Shown here piece by piece: positions 23,371 to 32,528 of a stretch of DNA of 64,000 bases. The first letter of the stretch is position 1; every line of letters begins with the position of its first letter. The position numbers and the translations under genes were made by a program. Source of the DNA: Squalus acanthias (lineage: Eukaryota); NCBI GenBank assembly GCA_030390025.1, contig JASTWF010000035.1, forward strand, positions 124,001-188,000. Direction: 5' to 3'. The notes under the pieces were generated by a model. The model searched no databases, was not told the origin of the DNA, and saw only the letters and a program-made list of their open reading frames with translations.

Positions 23371-26300
23371 TTAACCTTGAGTCTGCGCCTTGGGACAGAC
23401 TGGGGCCATGCCCATCTTCTTGGGCTGGGGTTCTCTACTTGACCTACGGGGAGTTGTCAGGGGCGGGGGTTCCGTGACTGACGGACCGGGTTCCGAGACT
23501 TCCATCGGGACGACCTGTGGTTCCACCACAGTCGCTGGCTCCGCCTCCGCTGACTCCGCCTCCCTAACCTCGGGGCTCGCAGTTTGTGGCTCCGCCCTGC
23601 TCGGCCCAGCAGGCGGCCCTTCACTCGCGATCTCTGCCTCCCCCGAGGGCGGGACGTTCAAAGCGGGCGGCTCTGTCTCTGGGGTCCTCACCGTCACTCC
23701 CTGTGCTCCCACAGCGGCTGGCTCCGCCTCCCCTAGCTCCTCCCTCCTGTCTTCGGGACCTGCAGCTTGTGTGTCCACCCTGTGTGGATCTCTATCTGCA
23801 GCCCGTGTCCTCCCTATACCTAAAATGGGAACGTTCCTTAGGTTCCCCAAAAACCACTCGCCTTCATCACCATCCTCATCTGACTCCCATCCCCACAAAA
23901 ATGCTTCATGATCTTCCAGGATGTCTCCTCCCCTGATGCAAGCTGCTTTACCTGCCTGTGCGCCTTGTGGTCCTACCTGGGGCTGTGCTTCCCCACTGGC
24001 GGGGTTTACCCCTGTGGTTTTCCCTTGCGCACCTGGCTTGTACAGTTTGCATTGGTTTACATGGAACCACTTAGTGCGTCGAGGTACTTTTACGGCGTAT
24101 ACCATGGGACTCGCCTTGTCTACAATGTTGTAGGGTCCCATATACAGTGGTTCCAGACTCCCTACTCTGGCGTAGTTTCTGACCATGACCTGGTCTCCTA
24201 CTTCCCACTCCCGCGTTTTGCGGGGTTCCAGCAACAGGCGATTGCCCTGATGCTGCCTTCCCATGTTCCCAGCCGCCTGCTCATAAACCTGCTTCAGGCG
24301 CTCCAAGAGGGTCTGGGCGAACTTGTCCCTGCTTATCTCTTGGAGCTGACCCTCAGTGAGCACCGGCGCTAGCACATGGGTGGGGGTTCGCATGAGCCTC
24401 CCAGTCATCACCTCGTGCGGGGAGTACCCCGTACTTTTTGACTGGCTGGTCCGGACCCCCATGAGGACTAAAGGCAGAACTTCCGCCCATTTTTGGGGCG
24501 AGTTCCTAGTCTCCTTCCTCAATTTCTCCTTCAGGGTCCGGTTCATGCGTTCAACAATCCCGGATGACTGGGGATTGTGTGCTACGTGCCACTTCCCTTC
24601 AATGCCCAAAAGCATGAGGGTGTTCTGCATCACCTGGCCGGTGAAATGACTCCCTTGGTCTGACTCCACAAAACGGGGGAGTCCCCACCGCGAGAACACT
24701 TCCCGGACCAAGATTTTTGCAGTACCCAGTGCCGTAGCTGTTCGACAGGGGAAGGCTTCCACCCACTTGGAAAACACATCCACCAAGACGAGGCAGTATT
24801 TATAACCTCCCTGGGTGGTGGGCAGGGGTCCTATATAGTCGATCTGTATCGACTGCCATGGTCCCTCTACCCTTCTTACGTGTCCCATGGGCACCTTCCT
24901 TTTCTGGGGGTCTGGGTTGTTTGCAGCGCACACAAGACAGTTTGCACAGAACTCGCGGACTTGTTCCCTGAGCCCTGGCCACCATCCCGCTTGCTCTACC
25001 CGTTGCCAGGTAACCTCGGGCCCGGGGTGCCCTGCCCCTGGTCCCTCGTGAGCCAACTGGAGGAATTCCCTCCTGTGCTGCTGTGGCACAACCCACTGCT
25101 CCTCGCGGAACAGCATGCCTTCCTTAACCGAGAGGGTTGCCGTACTGTACGGACCTTCTACCTGCCTCCCCTCAGCAATGGTTTTTAGGACTGCTTTTAG
25201 GGCGGGATCCTGGGCTTGGACGGTCTTAAGGTCTAGGGGCAATGCTACCCTGGTGTTCCCGGGATTCCCGTCCCTGCCTTGGATCGCTGCTATGGGTCTG
25301 GTCCCATAGGGGTCCCAGAAAATGCCGTTGCGGGCACCTTCCCTGGCTAGCGCATCCGCCTGTTGGTTGCCCTCCCCACGGGGCTCTGTGGAGGAGTGAG
25401 CTTTCACCTTATGGATGAAAATCTCTCCTTCCTCCCCTACTGCTGCTGCTAAGATCTTTTCCAGCAAGGGCTTCACCGTTAAAGGTCGCCCGTCCGCGGA
25501 GGTGTATCCACGGCGGGACCAAATGGCCAGGTATTCCGTACACGAATTGCAGGTGAACATACTGTCCGAGCAAATCGTGTATGGGGTTGGGAAAATGTCT
25601 GGGTGGGTAACAACGTACACCACGGCAGACAGCTCAGCCTGCTGCGCGCTCATGGTGCTAGGGAGCTTGATCGCCAGGGCAAGGTCTGCCGCAGGGTCAT
25701 AAACTCCACACCCTGTGAGTCGCTCGCCAGCAGATACTGTGCTAGACCCATCAACATAAATCTCGCGCCCAGTGGGATGTATCCCGGCCCGTAAACCTAT
25801 GTTGACGTCCCACACCCCTTCCACCGAACATCGGTGGGCTGTACCGGGGTATACCAAATTGGCCGCAAGCCTGGGCTCGCAAAGACCTTTTACTCTAAGA
25901 TCCAACTGGGAGAGAAGAAGGGTCCAACGCGCAATGCGCGCGCTGCTTACGGTCCCATCTTTAATCCTCCCATCCAGAAGCATCTTAGTTGGTGTGTGAT
26001 GTGTGAGGAGAGTGATGGGAGAGAGCCCTGTGAAGATCGCTGATCTTTTCACAGCCCAATGCGTGGCTAAAAGGTGCCTTTCGCAATTGGAGAAACTTCT
26101 CTCCACATCCGTTAAAACTCTGGATGAATAGACAACCGGCCTCAGCTTGCCGTGACGCTCTTGGAGCAGCACAGCGCTCAAGCTGTCTTCGCTGGCAGCT
26201 ACCTCCAGGAAAAACTCCTTCCCCCCATCTATGGCCCCTAAGGCTGGCGCGGTCTGCAGATCCCTTTTTAACTTCTCGAAGGCTGCTTGGCAGCCCTCGT

Positions 26301-27711
26301 CCCAAGACCACTCCACTCCCTTATGGAGGAGTCGGAGGAGCGGCGCTGCTGTGGCCGCATAGTCTTCGATAAAATCCCTGCAGTAACCGGTCAGTCCCAA
26401 GAAGGACCTCACACCCCTTATGTTGTTGGGAATCGGTAACTCTTGCACCGACTCCCTCCTCGCTTTGTCTATGGCTCTTTCCCCAGCGTGTATGGTCAGT
26501 CCCAGGAATTTTACTTCCCGCTGACCGATACGTGCTTTCTTAGGATTTATTTTAAAACCCTTTCTCGCTAGCAGCTCCAATAACTCGTCCAGCAGTGGTC
26601 CATGCTCCTCCCTTGAGTCCGTAAATAGGAGCAAATCATCCACGTACTGCACTATCTGATTGGGCTGACTAAACTCCCTTAAACTTCCTGCCATACACTG
26701 ATGGAAAATACTGGGGCTATTGTGGAAACCCTGTGGCAGACAGTTCCATGTGTACTGTTGCCCTTTGAAAGTAAAGGCAAACTTGTACTGGTCCTCTGGC
26801 CTCAGCGGGATGGACCAAAAACCGTTCGAGATATCCAGCACCGTGAACGTGGTCGCGGACGCTGGGATGCTCCCTATTAGGTCAGCAACTGCTGCTACCG
26901 TGGGCGCGCAGGCGGGAATGTTACTGTTAAGGACTCTGTAGTCCACCGTGGCTCTCCACGAATTATCCGGCTTCCTAACCGGCCATAATGGGGAGTTCAC
27001 GTGTGTGGCTATCGGCCTCAACACGCCCTGCTGCACCAAGGAGGACATTGCTGTCTCCATATCGGGTTCTGCTTCTTTGGGGAAGTTATACTGCTTTTGG
27101 GGTCGGGTCATGGGGTCCCCATCTACGCTGACCTCAAACCCGATAACCCTCCCACAATCGTGCTTGTGGGTTGCAAACGCGTGCATATTATCTGACACGT
27201 ACGTTTGCATGTCCGTTGGGACATCTGCGACCATAAGCCTGAGGTCGTAGCCTCCGGATGGCTGTACGGTACACAGGACCCCTGTTTCTTCCTCCCCCGG
27301 AATCACTACTACCTCGCCTTTTTCACCCTTAGCCCCCCAGAGACAGTGATTTCTGAGGTCCACGAGGATCCCGTGTCCCGATAGAAGATCGGACCCGAGA
27401 ATACCTCTTCCACCCCCCTCCTGCCATTCCATCAGTATACACTTCCACTTAAGGTGAAGTGCTCCCAAACGAATGGATAGCGGAAGGGAGAACGCGCCAG
27501 CCTGTTCTTTTCCTGTGAACCCCGCTAACGTGAATGGGACCCTGGTAGATAGCGGCGAGTCAAAAGAGCTATCTGTATGGATTATGGTGCAAGAAGCTCC
27601 CGTGTCCAACAAATAACTACCCCTCTGTTTCTCTACCTCCATCTCCACCAAAGGTCGCTTCCACGCATCATAGCTAAGCGGACACAGGTAGACGGGCTGC
27701 GCGGGTTCTAG
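23371..27711 (-). CDS. pol: Pol polyprotein: protease - RT - degenerate RNase H (tether) - RNase H - integrase - low-complexity tail
   Basis: LLDTGAS; LPQGFHNSP and YVDD; VAAS...ERHLLA tether; YVDGSS/QQAELSA/CSDS/NQQADALA RNase H; HHCC and D-D-E (IDY, SDQG, IVERMN) integrase; GPY motif; frame is open right up to the gag stop. Confidence 0.95.
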   Translation of the reverse strand, partial: LEPAQPVYLCPLSYDAWKRPLVEMEVEKQRGSYLLDTGASCTIIHTDSSFDSPLSTRVPFTLAGFTGKEQAGAFSLPLSIRLGALHLKWKCILMEWQEGGGRGILGSDLLSGHGILVDLRNHCLWGAKGEKGEVVVIPGEEETGVLCTVQPSGGYDLRLMVADVPTDMQTYVSDNMHAFATHKHDCGRVIGFEVSVDGDPMTRPQKQYNFPKEAEPDMETAMSSLVQQGVLRPIATHVNSPLWPVRKPDNSWRATVDYRVLNSNIPACAPTVAAVADLIGSIPASATTFTVLDISNGFWSIPLRPEDQYKFAFTFKGQQYTWNCLPQGFHNSPSIFHQCMAGSLREFSQPNQIVQYVDDLLLFTDSREEHGPLLDELLELLARKGFKINPKKARIGQREVKFLGLTIHAGERAIDKARRESVQELPIPNNIRGVRSFLGLTGYCRDFIEDYAATAAPLLRLLHKGVEWSWDEGCQAAFEKLKRDLQTAPALGAIDGGKEFFLEVAASEDSLSAVLLQERHGKLRPVVYSSRVLTDVERSFSNCERHLLATHWAVKRSAIFTGLSPITLLTHHTPTKMLLDGRIKDGTVSSARIARWTLLLSQLDLRVKGLCEPRLAANLVYPGTAHRCSVEGVWDVNIGLRAGIHPTGREIYVDGSSTVSAGERLTGCGVYDPAADLALAIKLPSTMSAQQAELSAVVYVVTHPDIFPTPYTICSDSMFTCNSCTEYLAIWSRRGYTSADGRPLTVKPLLEKILAAAVGEEGEIFIHKVKAHSSTEPRGEGNQQADALAREGARNGIFWDPYGTRPIAAIQGRDGNPGNTRVALPLDLKTVQAQDPALKAVLKTIAEGRQVEGPYSTATLSVKEGMLFREEQWVVPQQHRREFLQLAHEGPGAGHPGPEVTWQRVEQAGWWPGLREQVREFCANCLVCAANNPDPQKRKVPMGHVRRVEGPWQSIQIDYIGPLPTTQGGYKYCLVLVDVFSKWVEAFPCRTATALGTAKILVREVFSRWGLPRFVESDQGSHFTGQVMQNTLMLLGIEGKWHVAHNPQSSGIVERMNRTLKEKLRKETRNSPQKWAEVLPLVLMGVRTSQSKSTGYSPHEVMTGRLMRTPTHVLAPVLTEGQLQEISRDKFAQTLLERLKQVYEQAAGNMGRQHQGNRLLLEPRKTREWEVGDQVMVRNYARVGSLEPLYMGPYNIVDKASPMVYAVKVPRRTKWFHVNQCKLYKPGAQGKTTGVNPASGEAQPQVGPQGAQAGKAACIRGGDILEDHEAFLWGWESDEDGDEGEWFLGNLRNVPILGIGRTRAADRDPHRVDTQAAGPEDRREELGEAEPAAVGAQGVTVRTPETEPPALNVPPSGEAEIASEGPPAGPSRAEPQTASPEVREAESAEAEPATVVEPQVVPMEVSEPGPSVTEPPPLTTPRRSSREPQPKKMGMAPVCPKAQTQG

Positions 27712-29520
27712 TCATGGGGTACTATTAGACGGTCCTGCGGCACCTACGGGGCCGGTTGCGACCGCCACCTTTCCATGTGCACTCAATAAACTGCGCATGG
27801 CTCCTAACACTACTTCGAGGTCGTCGGGAGGGGTGGGTGCACCAGCTTCCCTAGCCGGGACAGGCGCCTGGGCTCGGACTGCGGGATTTTTATCCTTGGA
27901 ATCCTTCCAAGGGTTCCTGCAATGCTTGCGCCAGTGCCCTGTCTTCCCACACCCGTAACAAGCATTACTTGCCTGTGGGGCGCGATTACCCTCCTGATGC
28001 CACTCTCTTTGATACGGGGCTGCGGGTCGTACCTCATGTACTTTTCCCTTAAGGGGACGTGTTGCCATACCCCTTATATTACGATATCCTAACGTGAGCC
28101 GATTCAAGACCGACTCTTCCGTAATGTTGGGGTCATTGGGATCAAACCATGCTTTTGCCTGCTCTCTGACGGCTGGTAAACTGTTGGCTATTATGCACCT
28201 AAGCCAATGAGCTAAACCGGCGCCTTCCACATCTTCGCGCTCTGGCGCACCTAGACAGCTGCGCTGATATACTGGCCACAGCCTGTCGGCAAAAACCTTC
28301 GGGGGTTCTCCCTCCATCTGCACTGTCTGTCCCACTCTAGCAAACGGACCTTCATCGTCCGCCCCCAACACTTCCAGGACCTCATTCTTTAATGCCTCAT
28401 AAGTCTTGGTTCCCCTCTTGCTCTCGCCTGAGAGACACTGAAGGATTGTACTGCCTAACGAAAACAACAGCATTTTTGCTGTTTCCCCATCATCGCAGCC
28501 GTTAATGGCTGCGGTTTGCTCAACTTCTCTGAAATGTACGGAAGGGTCGTCTGACTCGGTCAGCTTCCGTACGTGATTTATCATAACTCTCAGCTGGTGT
28601 GAGCTGTGAGGCAACACAAGCTGTCCGAGGAGATCCCCTGGTTCTTCCCCACCGTTTCTGTTTGGGCCCCTTTTTATACCCGTTACTGGATACAACGGTC
28701 CCTTTTCCACTTCTTTCTCAATGGGCTCTTTCGTTTCTTCCATTGCTTCCTCCCTAACCCAGGTTTCCGAATAGCTGGGTGGCGCGGAGGGCGCAGTGGC
28801 TACTACTTCCTCTGCTTTACTTGGTGGGGATTTCTTAAACTCCTCACTTACTAGCGGCTGGTGTGCTGACGGACTGATAAGGCACACCATGCCGTGCGCT
28901 TTGTTCACGGCCTTTTTGAGGTGCTCTATCTCCCTTTTGCAAGCGCTATGATCAGCTCCCTGAAACTTATCCTCAAGGGCCAACTTATATGCCGCCCTAA
29001 CCCCCGTTAAGCTCTCTTCCTGAGTTCTTATCTGGGCAGCTTGGCGGGCACATCGTTCCTTTAACCTGCTCTCATTTAACTTTGCCTCAGTGACCTGGCA
29101 CTCGAGGTAATCTATCCTTGTTTTATGGTGACTGGAGATTTCCTGGCGTTCTTGGTGCAACGCACTTAAATTCCTAATGAGCAATTCCCCTCCAGAGACC
29201 TTCTCATCCATTTCTCCCTCTAAATGACTGATTCGAGCTGTTAGCGCTGTAATGGTCTGGTTTGAAATCTGAACCTGCCTTTTGTAACACATAAGCCAGA
29301 CTGCTTTCTCGAGTGTCTTTTTATGTTCTTTACTATCTGTCCACCTTTCGGCTGCCTCTAGCGGGCTTTTATCCGCTAACAATTCACTTATCCATTTCTT
29401 AGTTAGATTAACCTTTCCGAACACATAATCTGCTATCTTTTCCTGCATAACATTTCGTACAGTCATTCCAAAGTCTAACACACTACCCTCTCGCTGCCAG
29501 TGTCCTGCCGCGGTCGCCAT
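27712..29520 (-). CDS. gag: Gag polyprotein
   Basis: 602-aa ORF; coiled-coil N-terminal half; PSAPPSY (28771-28791); CCHC knuckle CYGCGKTGHWRKHC (27919-27960); true start may be a downstream Met. Confidence 0.9.
   Translation of the reverse strand: MATAAGHWQREGSVLDFGMTVRNVMQEKIADYVFGKVNLTKKWISELLADKSPLEAAERWTDSKEHKKTLEKAVWLMCYKRQVQISNQTITALTARISHLEGEMDEKVSGGELLIRNLSALHQERQEISSHHKTRIDYLECQVTEAKLNESRLKERCARQAAQIRTQEESLTGVRAAYKLALEDKFQGADHSACKREIEHLKKAVNKAHGMVCLISPSAHQPLVSEEFKKSPPSKAEEVVATAPSAPPSYSETWVREEAMEETKEPIEKEVEKGPLYPVTGIKRGPNRNGGEEPGDLLGQLVLPHSSHQLRVMINHVRKLTESDDPSVHFREVEQTAAINGCDDGETAKMLLFSLGSTILQCLSGESKRGTKTYEALKNEVLEVLGADDEGPFARVGQTVQMEGEPPKVFADRLWPVYQRSCLGAPEREDVEGAGLAHWLRCIIANSLPAVREQAKAWFDPNDPNITEESVLNRLTLGYRNIRGMATRPLKGKVHEVRPAAPYQREWHQEGNRAPQASNACYGCGKTGHWRKHCRNPWKDSKDKNPAVRAQAPVPAREAGAPTPPDDLEVVLGAMRSLLSAHGKVAVATGPVGAAGPSNSTP
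29502..29519 (-). promoter_or_regulatory. Primer-binding site, probably tRNA-Arg(UCG)
   Basis: TGGCGACCGCGGCAGGAC, 5 nt after the 5' LTR; its complement GTCCTGCCGCGGTCG+CCA matches my recollection of the vertebrate tRNA-Arg-TCG 3' end (not database-checked). Confidence 0.75.
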
Positions 29521-29524
29521 TTTC

Positions 29525-31161
29525 TGTAAGGGATTTGACCGTGCGTGTCTCGCAGCCTGTGAGATTCACGCGGCTCTGTGCAGCCTGTATGTCAGTGCGG
29601 GTTTAGGCCTTGTTGCCTGTTCTGGTCTCCAGCCAGTCTGGGAGCACTAGACACACCTGTGAGTGGTTCGAATCACTCGCCCTTACGGTTCTAGACACTG
29701 GACTTAGATGCGAGAGCAGTAATGGAGATGAAACTCATGTAGACTCGGTTGAATGGTACGAAATGGAAAATCTTTATTGCATGATATTTAAGATTACGAA
29801 ATACATGTCATAAGCACAGATTAATGACAGTACAATCTTACAAGCAGTTATATAGCTGATCCTAGGGAAACGAGGAACGAACGACACACCGTAAATAGGG
29901 GCACACATTACAAGTATCCTTAATACTTAAACCCTCCCCTATCAATATCTGTCCTAGCTAGATTCGTAGGATTTCGAGACTCATGCTCACCACTCGTGAT
30001 AACTCGGAGAAATTCCTAATAGCTGATCGGATGTTTTCCACCGCAGCACCCACGTGTCGGTCAGGAGGTCTCCTGGTCCCACTTGTTTACTTGCTTCTGC
30101 TCCGGCTAGCAGGCTGGACCGTCTGCTGTGATGAAGATCTGTGTTGGTTGGTTTAACAGGTACTTTCCGAATACAGACCAGTCAATATCATCTTTGACGA
30201 TCCGTTCTTGCAAGTTCAAAGAAGTCTTCCTGGCAAGGAAAACTTGGCTGTTCGACCTACAGGCACGGTCGGGATTTACTGACCGTGGCGATGAGTATGG
30301 TCTTCCTCTCTTCTCATCTCATCTCATCTCATCTCATCTCGGGCCTTTGGTTCCGATGCCAGTTACCAACATAGGTCTTCGTTACGCGACACGAGGTAGA
30401 TCCGAACGGATCAGAAAGTTCAACAGTCTTTTTCAAAGAGGCACCAGGCAAGCAGGAACAAGACTACGAGTCAAAAACACAGGAGCAGCCACGAGGTTAC
30501 GAGTCGATCGGATAAGAGAATAAGAGAAAGATGGACGGTTGGAGCTTGTAATTATAGTACAAAATCTTCCGTTTCCCGCCCAACCTTAATGTCCTTTCTT
30601 TTGTTTGGGTCTGGCGCTCAAATGTCTTGTATGGGTGATCTCCGTTCTTAATGGGTTTCGGGGCTACTCGTAAATGTCTGAGTACCTGTTAATATTTCTC
30701 CCATTGTTAAATCGGTCGGTGTTCTCCCTGGAGGGGTTTTGGGGCTTCCAAGTGTTTTGTATAACTACCCGCTAAACGGCTCTCTCATCGTAGAGTCGTT
30801 GGGATTTTACATATTAATGTCTTTTGGATGGGCCCTTGATTACTTGGTACAATAGCTTTCATTCGTACCTGGGAGACCGATTTCAGTATTTATGTGTATA
30901 CTGCAAACCCATAATGTCTCGTGTATTATCTTCAATGTGCTGGATCTTAATCGATCTTGCACAAATGTTTATTGGAACGCCATCTTGTCTGCCTGTCGAA
31001 AAGTCTAGAATGTTCTGTCACGAGGTGCGGCGGCCATTTTACAGGCTGCTTGTGTCCACTTTGAGAAACCTGACAGCATTCTGCTGAAATAAAAGCTGTT
31101 TGAACGAAACTATGTGTTTTCTCCTTATTAATAAAAATCGCGATATATTGCGAATTCTACA
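29525..31161 (-). repeat. 5' LTR (1637 bp)
   Basis: Direct repeat of 18441-20082; TATAA on - strand at ~30552-30556 and AATAAA at 29773-29778. Confidence 0.97.
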
Positions 31162-31959
31162 AGATACAGGGAGGATGTGAGGAAAAACATTTTAACGCAG
31201 CGAGTGGTGGTGACCTGGAACTCGCTGCCGTCGGAAGTGGTGGAGGCGGAGACACTCAATGTTTTCAAGGGGAGACTGGATTGGCACTTGAGGGAAATAA
31301 ACTTGCAGGGCTACGGGGATAGAGCGGGGGAATGGGACTGACTGGATTGCTCTGCAGAGAGCCGGCACGGACTCGATGGGCCGAATGGCCTCCTCCTGTG
31401 CCGTTATGACTCTAATGACTTGGATGAAGGGACCGTCTGCACTGTATTTGCTAATGATACAAAGATAGGTGGGAAAGCAAGCTCTGAGGAGGACACTTTG
31501 GCCGCGATTTTGCCGGCGCTCAGAGGGCGGGTTTGGAGGCGGGTCAGAGGTTAAAATCTGCCTCCACACAATTTTGCCAAGTGCTGACTCTGGGAGTCCC
31601 GATCGGACCCGCCAGCAAGTGGCGGGAGAGGCACGTAAGGCAGTTACAGCTTGTTTACTGCCTGGATAATCTGATTTTAGCAGGGTCTTGCCATTTTATT
31701 ACATTTTCAGCGTGCTCCACGCCGTTCGCAAACCACGCCAGCTGATTGTGCCGGGTTCAGCAAGTACCTGACTTCTTGACAGCTGCATAAAAGCAGGGCT
31801 CTGACATGGCTCACTCCAGCTGACAGAGCTTTGTTTTTTCAGGTCTTGGAACACTTTCTGCAGGTCTACTCAGCTTGTAAGTGGTGAAGCTGAGATCCAT
31901 AACCACTGTGACCTCCTTGGAAAACCCTCTCCCCACATTGACTGAGCGCGTATCTCTCT

Positions 31960-32510
31960 CTTAGGCAGTCCCTCGGAACCGAGGATGACTTGCTTCCACA
32001 TTAAAAATGAGTTCTCAGGTGACTGATGAGTCCAATGCGGGACCTACAGTCTCTGTCACAGGTGGGGCAGACGGTGGTTGAAGGGGCGGGTGGGTGGGGT
32101 GCTTGGGTTGACGTGCGCTCCTTCCGCTGCCTGCGCTTGGCTTCCGCTTGCTCCCGGAGAAGAGACTCGAGGTGTTCGGCGCCTTCCCGGATGCTTCTCC
32201 TCCACTTTGTGCGGTCTTGGGCCAGGGATTCCCAGGTGTCGGTGGGGATGTTGCACTTTTTCAAGGAGGCTTTGAGGGTGTCCTTGAAGCGTTTCCTCTG
32301 CCCACCTGGGGCTCTCTTGCCGTGTCGGAGCTCTGAGTAGAGCGCTTGTTTTGGGAGTCTCGTATCGGGCATGCGGACGATGTGGCCCGTCCATCGGAGC
32401 TGATCGAGCGTGGTCAAAGCTTCGATGCTGGGGATGTTGGCCTGAGCGAGAACACTGACGTTGGTGCGCCTATCCTGCCAATGGATTTGCAGGATCTTGC
32501 CGAGGCAACT
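31960..32510 (-). mobile_element. RTE-clade LINE 3' fragment
   Basis: QLRWTGHIVRMPDTRLPKQALYSEL..GKR..GGQRKRFKD and terminal CPTC...SH.RTH. Confidence 0.85.
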
Positions 32511-32528
32511 GAGATATATACCAGCAGC

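Larger units (their letters stand above)
18441..31161 (-). mobile_element. Full-length env-encoding endogenous retrovirus-like provirus (lokiretrovirus-like architecture)
   Basis: Two near-identical LTRs, 4-bp TSD AGAT (18437-18440 / 31162-31165), PBS, PPT, and open gag, pol and env frames. Confidence 0.95.

Noticed and set aside
23390..28854. Many short + strand ORFs antisense to gag/pol (possible HBZ-like gene)
   Set aside because: Short, fragmented and mostly non-ATG starts; expected shadows of a GC-rich coding strand
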